This document shows, piece after piece, positions 47,678 through 58,977 of a stretch of 64,000 nt of DNA. The stretch's first letter is position 1. Each line of letters starts with the position of its first letter. Location of the stretch: positions 64,232,001 to 64,296,000 of the forward strand of contig OZ076409.1 in NCBI GenBank assembly GCA_964187785.1, written 5' to 3'. Under the pieces are notes generated by a model. That model worked only from the letters and a program-made list of their open reading frames with translations. It did not search any database and was not told the origin of the DNA. Made by a program: the position numbers and the translations under genes. The stretch is from Amphiscolops sp. MND2022. Lineage: Eukaryota.

Positions 47678-49145
47678 CTTATCGCGTTTGAAAGACTTTC
47701 GAAAGCAAGTTCATTATTTGTTCATACCTATGATTGAATATTTCACGATGGAGGAAGTGAAAATTAGTCAATGGGAAGCCCTGATCAAGCTCAAAATTGA
47801 CAAAATTATCTAAAAGAACCAACCTGATGTTTATCCAACTGGAAGACAGAATTCGAAAAGCGTGATGTAGCTGACTGGAGGTATATGGCCTGCCTGAACT
47901 GTGAATTTGGCTCGGGGAAGAAGCAGGTGAAGGAAAATTGTCAGCTGAAACGAACTGTTGTGAGGGCACCCAATGTCAATTAGATCACTAGTCCAATTAA
48001 AGGAGATTAAAGAAATGGACAGACTGAGTTGAGAGAGCTGCCGAGGAGTTGATTCTAGAGATGTAGTATGCACCTGCACTGTGCCAAGGATAGGAGATAA
48101 ATCTGCAAGATGGGGAATTCTGAGCTGGGGATGTATGCTCAACTTGTTCAGCTGGTCGATCAAAGGACGATTAGACCAGTGGTCCAAGAAACGAAATTAC
48201 AAGCAAATATTGCTAAAGGGACACTCCAGCAAGAGTATTCCAAGGAAACTTGACGATCTAATCTGGAACTGTGGAATAGAATTAGAGTGACGAATTCAAA
48301 ATGTAACAATGATGTAGTAATCAATTCAAAAGATTGCAATGAAGACTGTGGAAATTAGAAGACTGGTTTACTATGCTTTATGACAATTCGACTACATGTA
48401 TTACTTACCTATTCCTACTTCTTACCATCATACTTGACTGTCAAGACAGATAATTACTTGATCAATTCTAGCATTAAATTTATCTACATCAAAGGACGTC
48501 GTGGCTACATGCAATTAACCAACCATTATTATTGTTATTATCTCTTTTAACTACCTATGCATCATGACCTTTGGTGTTACGGAAACTGCCAGTGATGTAC
48601 ACTTTTGGTCATTTCTTTCACACTTCCTTGTTCCTTTAGTTAGAGTTACCATCGTTACCATTATTTGATTTCATTAATATGATCTATTTTATTATTTTCA
48701 TTCAAAATTCATTCAGAATTTTCAGTTATTTATCAAAGCGCTCTGATTGGTCAGTTGGTATCAGCTAGCCGCGGAGACCGCCGGTCTTTGATGACACTCC
48801 ACTGATGTTGATGAGCGGTGGTAAACAATCTCACCGCTCGTTAACACCTCTTCAGCAGTTACTATAACCACTTGAGACTGGACTCAAGGGCTTGTCAACT
48901 TTACGAGCCGCTCAATATCAAAATGATATTAAGAAAGAAATCTACTAAATAAGGAAATGTTTTGAATATGAGGGAAGCGGCGGGGAAATTTTCCCTAACT
49001 GAATTTCCCGCGAATTTTCAACCCTATGACCTAAGGTCGGCTGGTCTATCGCAGCCATTCTTCTGAATCTCAACTTACAAATCAGCAGCTCACACTTATT
49101 CTCAAAATAGCTAAGAAAATCTTGCTGAAAAGATTTCGATCAGAA

Positions 49146-49964
49146 ATGTCTCTGCAATTTGCCGTTGACGACTTGATTAGCCCTTTGGTCAGTTTGTCTT
49201 ACCTGTCCTCAGAGGAGGAAGACATGGAAGTGGATGATCCACAACCAGCCGTAGACGAGGAGGGGTACGACAGCGACATTGAAGTCCTGGCTTGCTTCAG
49301 CGAGTCACATTCTGTGAAGCCTATGGGTGTGGCTGGACGCACAATGACAACTGAAATCTACATCGAGGATGACGATCTAACACTGGTTGAAGAACTCTAC
49401 GGGCGAGCATGCAAGTTGGACTCAGAGCCAACCGATGATCTAGTCAACTTAGTACTGGGCAATGGACCCTCCAAGCATAGTATGATCCCTGTAGGCGAGA
49501 AACCGATAGCCAGGTGTGCTCAAATGCAACCAATTCCCGACACCCCACAGTCTCCACCTGCCCATGAGAGAGGCCCCACCTCCACCTTCGACAACACCCA
49601 GTGGGCTAACTTTCAAACTGCCTACGAGCCCGAGCATGCCCACATAACGGGGATAGCTGTAAGCGCAAGCGGTGTCTGCGGAACCTCAAATTTCGTGGCC
49701 AGAGGAGACTGCGTGGTGTGTGGGAAAGACTTTGGGTCTATCAAAGAGGAAGTGACATTAGACTACCTGGAGCGGACTCACTTATCCGGCGAACCTTATC
49801 TAACACGAGTAAGGAGGAGGAATGAGGCAGGCATGGCCGCCGGCTCATTTCTTCTCGTACCGGGGGGAGTGTCGCAGGCTCCCGCCTGCGATGGGAACTG
49901 GTATCAGGTTGCCCCTGATACCTGCAACAATTTACCCGTCCCCCCAGGAGTGCTGCCGATCTAA
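49146..49964 (+). CDS. E2 3' accessory ORF (272 aa from ATG), acidic with CxxC motif, reading through the PPT into the 3' LTR
   Basis: Intact ORF with CVVCGKDF. The last ~31 codons lie in the LTR, and the motif SQAxACDGNxY is conserved at the start of the E3 LTR. Confidence 0.75.
   Translation: MSLQFAVDDLISPLVSLSYLSSEEEDMEVDDPQPAVDEEGYDSDIEVLACFSESHSVKPMGVAGRTMTTEIYIEDDDLTLVEELYGRACKLDSEPTDDLVNLVLGNGPSKHSMIPVGEKPIARCAQMQPIPDTPQSPPAHERGPTSTFDNTQWANFQTAYEPEHAHITGIAVSASGVCGTSNFVARGDCVVCGKDFGSIKEEVTLDYLERTHLSGEPYLTRVRRRNEAGMAAGSFLLVPGGVSQAPACDGNWYQVAPDTCNNLPVPPGVLPI
49862..49869 (+). other. E2 polypurine tract
   Basis: GGGGGGAG directly before the 3' LTR TG. Confidence 0.85.
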
Positions 49965-51548
49965 GTCGCAAAGACCATCAGTACTTGAAAACAATTATTC
50001 ATTGGGCGATTTGAACTCATTATTAGCTCAAACTTTTATCTATGTACAATTACGGACCTTAAGTCCATTCTCCCTAGTAAGACTTATAATCGGAGTTAGA
50101 CTCTCAATGTAGTATATTTGTGTGAAATCTAGTAATTTTGCTATCTTATGGATCTATCATATTCAATGCATGTATTTAGTCATGTAAACCAGTAGTCAAT
50201 TATAGTGAATGTAATCAATTGCGTGCAATTAGAATTAACAAAGCAGCTATATAGTTGGAAGGAATCGCGTTCGAATTGTCCCCCGCGTTGGTCAGTTCGG
50301 ACGCGTTGTCCGCCAAATTATTCAACCAATCAGCTGTGAGCACTAGTGCTTTCTTTCACTCATTCGCCGCCATTCACGTCTACACGTATTAGTGTGGACC
50401 ACCAGTCCAAGTGCTATACTCTATTTACATTAGCATGTTATATAAACAAATAGAATTCTCTGGAGCGGTGTTATGTTGCTAATTAGACATAAAAGGCGTA
50501 CCGCCATTTAGCCCCCCCCACATTAGCTTTCACTCCTTTTCGTAGAATTAAGCTATTTTTAGAGTGATGTCACTGTTCTAATAATATCCCCAAGGTGATT
50601 TTGCCCGCATTTGATGCTATTAATAGACCAAACCCTAGAAAACGTCACTATGACGTCAGGTCCAGTAATCTAATTTTATCCCTGTGATGATCATAATTTT
50701 GCGTGTCATGAGGCGCTGATTATAAATAGTGGGGACCCGAGGTTTCCAGGAACACAATCGACAATCTGTTTGACCGCGAATATACACACACAATCCATTC
50801 CAAGTGAACTCTCAACTCTATTCAATCTTGACGCATAGTCAATTTGCCATTTCTTGCTACTCTACTTAACTATCAATCATTCACTTGTTTCCTCATTCCT
50901 TTAATATACTGTAGAAGCTCTAATATACTCTTAGTTGAGCTTAAATCTCTTCAATGCCTTCTACCAGAAAACAAAGAGCTAAAGAGAGACGCTCTAGGCA
51001 AATAGACATAATGTCTGATGCTGAGAACTTAGATGTAATGCTTGGATCATATCCGAGAAATGACTTAGAAAATGATTTTGATAGAAACGATGAAATGGAC
51101 CTAGAGTCTAATAGGACAAGAGCTGACTTAGCACAAAATAGTGAGGATTTTAGGTCACTTTTGAACTCCAACAGTAGAGAGAACAGTGAATCAACTGTTG
51201 AAACTATGAGGCTTGTTAACTCTGAGGTCACTAAGAAAATCGACGAACTGAGGAGAGAACTTAATTCTCAGTTAGTAGATGCTATAAACTCAGCGATCAC
51301 AGAAAAGGTATTGCCTGATATCAGAAATATGGTGACCGGCCAAAACTCAGTGTTTCGGGAAGAAGTGGACCACAGGTCCAGAGGACTAAACAGGACCTCC
51401 GAAGAATTAGGTAGTAGAAACGCTTGGAAAAGCAATTCAAAGCCTACTTTGGCTTCCAGTAGTCGACGAGACTACTTCAGGAGAAACTCAGATGTTTCTC
51501 AGTTCAGTGATGATGATCACGAAGAAATGATGACCAATAATCATGACA
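49870..51548 (+). repeat. E2 3' LTR (1679 bp), including a second copy of the Gag N-terminal ORF (50954-51616)
   Basis: Near-identical to the 5' LTR and followed by the TSD GCACC. Confidence 0.97.
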
Positions 51549-51556
51549 GCACCGGC

Positions 51557-52768
51557 TGTCCCAGGCGGCCGCCTGCGATGGGAATGTCTACGCTATCCCA
51601 CAAAATGCAATCATAACAAACACAAAACTGTCAAGCTTGCCTCTTCTCTAAGAAGAAGGTTCTTGCAAACCAAAACTATGAAAACTGTTGAGTCATGTAA
51701 CTTCTGTATAATGCCATTCATTGCCTCATCGAGACTGTAAAATACAAGTAAAATGGTTAATAATCATTAGTACTCAGTGTCATTTATGATGTCCTTATGA
51801 CATCAGTGGACAATACCAATACTTTCATTAGTGCAGTCTATATTGACTAATACTGCTCCCATGCGTGCATGAAAATAACGTTTACATTACGTACGCATGT
51901 GCGAAGTGAAGAAATAGCGATAACCCTAAATCAGAGCTATGTAAACACGGTGTTACTATATATGGATAGATGACCTGACGTCACATCCACTTTGATGATG
52001 CTATAAATAGAATTACTTGTAGTGTGTCATGCAAGGTGCTATTTTTAGAAGGTGACTTGACCTAAATTTGAGAGTCATGTAACTATGAGTATATATGGTA
52101 TGATCCCTGAGAGGGGACACAATCCTATTAGATTGCATTAAAAGTCACAACCAGATCTTGAGTATCAATTCAATTTACCAGTTATCATGTTTTCCTCTGA
52201 GAATGCCATCGACGAGGAGCAAAAAGGCAAAAACGAGAAGGTTGAGAGAAGCAGACATAATGTCGGATCTAGAGGACATGGATGTTATGCTGGGTTGCGG
52301 TGAGTATAATCCTTTTGAAAGAGAGATAGATCAAATAACCGGTTTCTCAAACACGCTAGATAGCGAAGAATCAAGGGAAAATATCTCAGCAAGAGGATGC
52401 TCTTCCCAAGAGAATGAAATCAGAAACATGCCTGAAAACAGGGATGATAATAATTTAGCGAGACATATAGACGTTCTAACGAACGAGGTTAATCTAACAA
52501 TTTCGAGAGAAATGGGTAGTTTGTTGAATGTAGTTAATTCCCAAATAGAGATCGCCATTAGCATGGCTTTATCTGAAAGGGTAAATCCCCAAATTCAAAA
52601 CGTCATTGAGAATGTGCTGGCTAGACAGTCTGAGCGTGTCGCGACAATGACCAGAAGACCTCACAACTCAGGTATTTGATGCGCAGAACTGTGACGGAGA
52701 TAAAGCGAGTAACAGGGATTTTTAATCTCATCAAAATTTAACAGAACTCCATGAGGAGAGTCCTTACA
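51557..52768 (+). repeat. E3 5' LTR (inferred, about 1.2 kb)
   Basis: Left end inferred by similarity to the E2 LTR start; right end is TTACA before TGGTGACAGGAGCC. TGACGTCA at 51976 and TATAAAT at 52002. No second copy in the window. Confidence 0.75.
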
Positions 52769-53904
52769 TGGTGACAGGAGCCTTCGGACCACAAACATCA
52801 ATTCCCGAATTCTTAACTGGACGAATCCACACACAACCGACACTCAGCCGCCCGGCCTCAATCAATAACATAGACTTGAAAGCTACTATTCCAGATCCGC
52901 AAAACACACCAGCAACACCTCAAGATCCCATAAAAGGACTGGCTGAGGTATCGGTCAATCTTCAGAATAAACCCGAAAAAATTCCTTTACCATTAGACCT
53001 GTCAACACGACTACAATGACATTTGATGGTAAAAGCGAAAAATTTGAGTTGTTTGAAGACCTATTACATACAACGATAAAAATGCAACCCGAAATGACGG
53101 AACAAATGAAAATCAATCACTTCCACCCTCTATTGAGGAAAAATGCTCTGCAAACGTTCCGCAATAATAATTCGTCTAACAGACAAACTCTTGAAGATGT
53201 GCTGGTAATTTTTCGCAGAACATACAACAAACTTGAATCTCAGGCTACAGCAAAACACAAATGGCATCGCCTAACTTTTGATCCTAACACCATGAAGCTA
53301 CCGGATTTTCTGGATGAACTAAACCAAGGCGCTGAGAAGGCGTTTGGCGAAAATGCGATAAGCATGATAGACAGCCTACTATATGCCAAGCTTCCGACTA
53401 AACTCAAGAGATCTGTTAACATGGCAAGATTGAAAAATTGATCATATAAACAGATAGTGGCACATTTGGAACGCGAACTTGAACTGAATGCGTTAGAGGT
53501 ATCAGATCATCTACCTATCGTCACCATTACATCTACCCAGACAAAAAATAGGGGTAATCTCCTCTCATCAGGCATCGATCCGAAAACCAATTGCACCTAC
53601 TGCAAGAAGGAAGGACACAATTACAAAGTTTGCCCCAAGTTGAAAGCTAAAAGAGAAAGGGAGGCCAAAGATGGAATGAAACCAAAAACAATCTACCCTA
53701 AACGCCCCACATGTCAAACAACCAACCATCCGGAAGAAAGAATGTTGGAAAGGAGCTGACGCACACCTCAAATCAAAGAGAAACAAAAATGACGACAACA
53801 CTACAACGGAAGACACAAACAAAAAAGAAGAATCCTCAGATAACACCCGTACCACATCAAAAGCACCAGCCTCCATACTTAAAAACCTGAATCCAAAAAA
53901 CTAA
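52203..53904 (+). pseudogene. gag: E3 gag, also starting within the LTR
   Basis: MPSTRSKKAK..DIMSDLEDMDVMLG aligns with E2 MPSTRKQRAK..DIMSDAENLDVMLG. Zinc knuckle CTYCKKEGHNYKVC. Fragmented. Confidence 0.88.
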
Positions 53905-56900
53905 TTTGGCCACGACTCCAAGTCTACCCGCTGACTAAAATCAGGAATTTCGTCATATCGGACCCTTTATCAGCAACATACAAAGAATACCAAGAAAACA
54001 CTGTTGGCATACCAACTGTTGTCTGGCAGCAACAGATGGAAATCGCCTTCATTCAAACCCAAAATTTAGTACATATCACTAACAAACCGCTCCCGGATTG
54101 GGAGATTGACTACACTACCGACTTCCCAACCAGATTTAGACCACTCTCCATTATCGAAGAATTTGACCCCTATTATATAGATCCGGACTACAATAGGGAC
54201 CCTTTTTGGTATGAAGAATTGTACAATCAACAAAACCTTCAATTTCATCATAACTACCAGAATCAAGATGACGACGTAGACACTAACGAGCCCATCAGTA
54301 ACAAAATGCTAACCAACGCCCTTATCCATTTATGGGAACCCAATCCCATCAAATACAACAAATGCTTACGGCCAAAAGATGGAAATGAGTTAAAGCCCCA
54401 AAACAAAACTTCCCTAATAGACGAGAGCATTTTTGCTAACGTCCTCATAACCACAGAAGGACACACGCCCTACGTTCCCCTATCAACAAACTTGGGCCTC
54501 AAATACAAAAGAAGATTGCTTTACTTCCCCATGGATTTTGGGGAACTGACAATAGATGGACTCGTTGACACAGGAGCACTCACAAGTGCGATACCGGAAT
54601 CGGACCTTCGGAAAATCAAATTGCTTACACCCCAGTCAAATATAAGAAGGCCCACCACCAGGTTTCCAAATAATGGTAGCCAGCGGTCAACTTGAAAAGC
54701 CAAAAGCTACAGTAGGGCTTAAGTTTGAAGTAGGCGATATCGAATTCCACAAAATATTCATAGTGATGGATAACCTCACGGGACCAATATTAGGTCTCTT
54801 GTTCCTGCAGAGAAACCATACAGTATTGGACATGTGACAAGGAATACTCAGTTTCCCGTAATTCTCCATGCAACTAAAAACTGCCGACCATAAGTATTCC
54901 AACGTCATGGAGCCAATTGCCAACCCTTGCGAATTTACTGTTCCACCTAATGACAGAGTAACAATACAAACTCACTCACAAATCTATTCTGAACACAATG
55001 TAACTGGAATACTGCAACCGAGCGAAACGCTACACGAAGAAAGATATGTGACATTCTGCCCAGGAATATAACCCTATCGGATAGCAATACTAGAGTGCGT
55101 GCACATAACCAACTTCTCAGACCAACCATACTGTCTGAAAAAAGGACTCCACATAGCTACTTCTCGGTCCTAACTCCAGAACAATTGAAGAATATACACC
55201 CGGTGGATCCCGTCGCAACATGGCACCTACTCCAAGAAAACGGCGATAAAGCAATACAATATGTCAGCAGCCTCCTAAAAACTCACCGAAATGGTGAAGA
55301 CATGAAACAATATTGGTTCCCAACACCAGACAATCCAGGAGATGAAACCTCCCACACTCCCATTCAAAAGAGGATACTCTCAGAACTACGAACCCTCTAA
55401 GAATCAGAACAATTCAATCCATTGGAAGACGAACAATCAATTCTTGAGCAACTTTGACTGCAAAGACTCCATGCTCAATGCACAGGAAATTGAAACCTTA
55501 GAAAACCTTCTAGTTGAATTCCATGACATATTTGCAAGACAGAGATTTGATATTGGAATGAATGAAACATTCACAGTCAAATTAACACCCAAAGATGACT
55601 CACCAGCCTATAGTCAGAGCCTACCAGCCCCAGTAAACCTCAAAGACGATATACTGGTTGAGCTAGCTCTACTTCATAAATACGGAATGATAAACACCCT
55701 CCCATTCTCCAAGTTTGCAAGTCCCATCTTTGCGCAAAAGAAACCAAATGGCAAATTACGCTTACTAGTCGACCTCAGAAAAATTAACAATCTCTTTTCT
55801 GATGATTACATAAACAATAACCACCCGGTCAGCACACTGACAGATGCAGCACAACATATGGCAGGCAAGAAACTATTTTGTAAACTTGACTGCTCCCTAG
55901 CCTACTATTGTCTATATGTGGCCGACCAAAGGTCGATTGAATTACTAGCCTTTAATTTTGCAAGAAGAACGTTCGCGTACAGAAGACTAGCACAAGGACT
56001 CAGCAGATCATTATCTGCTTTCTCCAGCTTCATGCGAGAATACCTGGATAAGGTTATCGATGCAAACCAATGTGCCCAATACGTCGATGATAATGGAGTA
56101 GCAACCAACAGCGCAGAACAACTCACAATCAACCTGCGTGAAACCTTCAAATGCATTAAGAAAGCGGGACGCAAATTGACATTGCACAAATGTCACTTTG
56201 GAGCCAGAGAAATCAATTTCCTCGGTCGAACGATCACTCCAGTTGGAGTGAAACCCCAAAGAGAAAATGTCCAAAACTTTTTACAAAAAACTAAATTCCC
56301 GAAATCCAAAAAAGCGCTCCAACGATACTTAGGCATCTTGAACTACTATTGAAACTACAATCCAAGGCTGTCAGAAAAAATAACACCATTTTTTCAACTC
56401 CTCAAAAATGATGACAAGGTACTAGTTTCCCAAGAACTCATACAACAATTCAACGCCACAAATAAAGATCATGACCGCTGCTGCAAATTAGCACTCAAAC
56501 AACCACTGCCCAACAAGCAATTGGCCCTAATGACTGATGCCAGCTTTACAGCAGCAGGATACGCCCTCCTCACGGAAGATGACCCTGAACAGAAATATAC
56601 CTCTTCAAGGAAAACATACGCCCCATTAGCGTATGGGTCGAAGACATTTAACCCCTCACAACTGAAAATGTCCATTTATGCAAAAAAATTCTTAGCTATA
56701 TATTTTGCATTTAAAGAATTTGGACACATTTTCTGGGGAGCTCCACAACCAGTAATCATACTCACAGATAATTAGGCCGTCACCAGATTTTTCCAAACCA
56801 AAATAATACCACCGCCGCTATGTAACGCGTGCGACTTTGTCATACAATTTAGTTTCACCATAGCTCACAATCCAGGCAAAAACAACACGGCAACAGACTA

Positions 56901-58723
56901 CCTCTCCAGGCTAGAAATAGACCCCAAGGATAAAAAAAATCCTCACCATACGAGAAGACATCACTACAAAACCAATAGAAGTCAATGTACAATCGACTGG
57001 GGTCGCTGAGGAAGAACAGATATTTTTCACAGAAGACGATGAAGAAACGGAGCAATAGATGTGGGAAAGGAAACAACTAGCTAAACGAAATCCGACAAAT
57101 GCCGAATCCACAATTACTATAGAAGCTTTGACCACCAATATAGTCGAGACAGACGCGACCATTAAATCACATCTCAACGAAGAAAGCCGGATTGCAGCTG
57201 AACAAACAAAAGATGTGACCCTAGTGCAACTCGGAGTGAACTAATGCAAATAGACCTTCTACCCAACCTGCCTTCGAGCGGGGAATACAACTCCATCATA
57301 ACGGCAATTGATGTCTTTTCTCGATACCTATTTGAATAACAGTTAATTGAAGCAACGGCAACATCAACAGCCAAAGTCTTAATTGACATAATGACCAAAC
57401 ATTCATATCTTCCTACAACGTTGCTAACAGATAAAGGCTCAGTTTTTACATCATTCATAATTGAAGAAATAACGAAAATACTTGGCATTACACTAAAATG
57501 TGCTACAACGAAACACCCAGAAACAATAGGGGAACTCGAAAGATCCCATGCTTTATTCAAAACAAATCTCAAAATGGCTTCCGGTGAGTACCGCAGTCAA
57601 TGGCACAAATACTTGCCATTAACGGTGCTAAATTACAACACCTCATATCACACAAGCATTTGGTGTGAACCAACCCGAATACCATACAACATCTTGGATC
57701 ATAAATTAGGACTAAACCCTTATGATAAAATCCTGCCGACAACAGATTTTGCAGAAGAACTACAAAGAAAAACGTAAATACTCATAGATCAAACAAAGCG
57801 TAATGTCATGCAATCCTATTTAAAATATAAAGAGTATTACGACCGGAAAGCTCGCGCAGCACCTCTGAAAGAGAAAGATTTTTGTTTTGTCTTACAGCCA
57901 AAAGCGGACAATCAGGGATCTAAAATCCCATTTTGCGACTTCAGATGAGTCGGTCCATGTTTTGTCCAAAAGGCATTACCAAATTATAACTATGTAGTAC
58001 GAAAGGTTAACACTATTAAAACACAAATCTTGCACCGAATACGCTTGAAAAAGTTCACTCCAAACAAACCGATAACTGACTCCTACCAAAATGAAAAATT
58101 GCAACCAGATGATGATAATATCATACCGCAAGATGACCTTTACACCTTAACATGGGAAACGGACTTTGGAAATCAAATCTCAGAAAATTCCCCTGTCCCC
58201 AATAGTGTCCGATCGACATCAAAGATACGAAGCCGAGACAGCAGCCGAATCTACGGTGACTCGTATACGAATAGAAAACGAGTCGAATAAGCCAAATACC
58301 GATGACGTCAACAACGAGTCCGCACAGCGTGACGCAACAAACACGAATGACGCCACGCACCACAATAATGAAATGAATGAAAGCCAGCGTGTCTCGAATT
58401 TGTCCAAACACCGTCAAAAGGATGAAAATATTCCAAAAGAGAAACGCAATGAGAACTATGAGAATACAAACGAAACTGAACGTGTCCCAGATTTGCCCAG
58501 ACAGCGACAAAGGGATGAAGCCATCCCCAGTACGGATGGAAATGACATACAAGAAAATGATGATCTTGAAAATAATTTTTTCACCGGGGGAGATATTACC
58601 GTGCCCGGAATATCAGAAAATGATGAAAGGGAGAAAGCAAATGATTATAGTAGTCCCAGAGGAGGGAAATGTAATCTTCGACCTAACCACACCCTCAACT
58701 ACACTGATGAATACAGATACTAG
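53895..58723 (+). pseudogene. pol: E3 pol; many stops and frameshifts; IN zinc-finger region deleted near 57240
   Basis: LVDTGALTS, QYVDDNG, LMTDASF and TDKGSVF; collinear with E2 pol and ends with the same YRY* tail. Confidence 0.93.
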
Positions 58724-58977
58724 ACTCAAACCTGAATTAAAAAACCCCTCTTTTACTCTAATATACAACAGTATTTTGAAGAGGACATAACTTTCTAGTA
58801 TGTAGACTGCCTTTTAACGCATCCATATAAAAAAATGAAACAGACATCCTCACTCAGGTTTTACAAATAAATGATGAGGTGACAGAGACAAATCTCCACA
58901 TAAAATGAATGCACATGACAAACGAATGAGTTTGAAGACAACTGGAAGGGAATTAATTTTTAGAGGTTCCTTGTAAA

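Larger units (their letters stand above)
35277..51548 (+). mobile_element. E2: complete young 16.3-kb Ty3/Gypsy element with antisense cargo gene
   Basis: LTRs 35277-36953 and 49870-51548 (TG..CA, about half a dozen differences by eye). 5-bp TSD GCACC at 35272-35276 and 51549-51553. PBS, PPT and gag-pol present. Confidence 0.98.

Noticed and set aside
46989-47813. 274-aa plus-strand ORF whose end (MEEV..LIKLK) resembles E3 ORF 62694-63221
   Set aside because: Mostly the codon-aligned reverse of the antisense gene. The similarity comes from two short conserved nucleotide blocks, reported separately.
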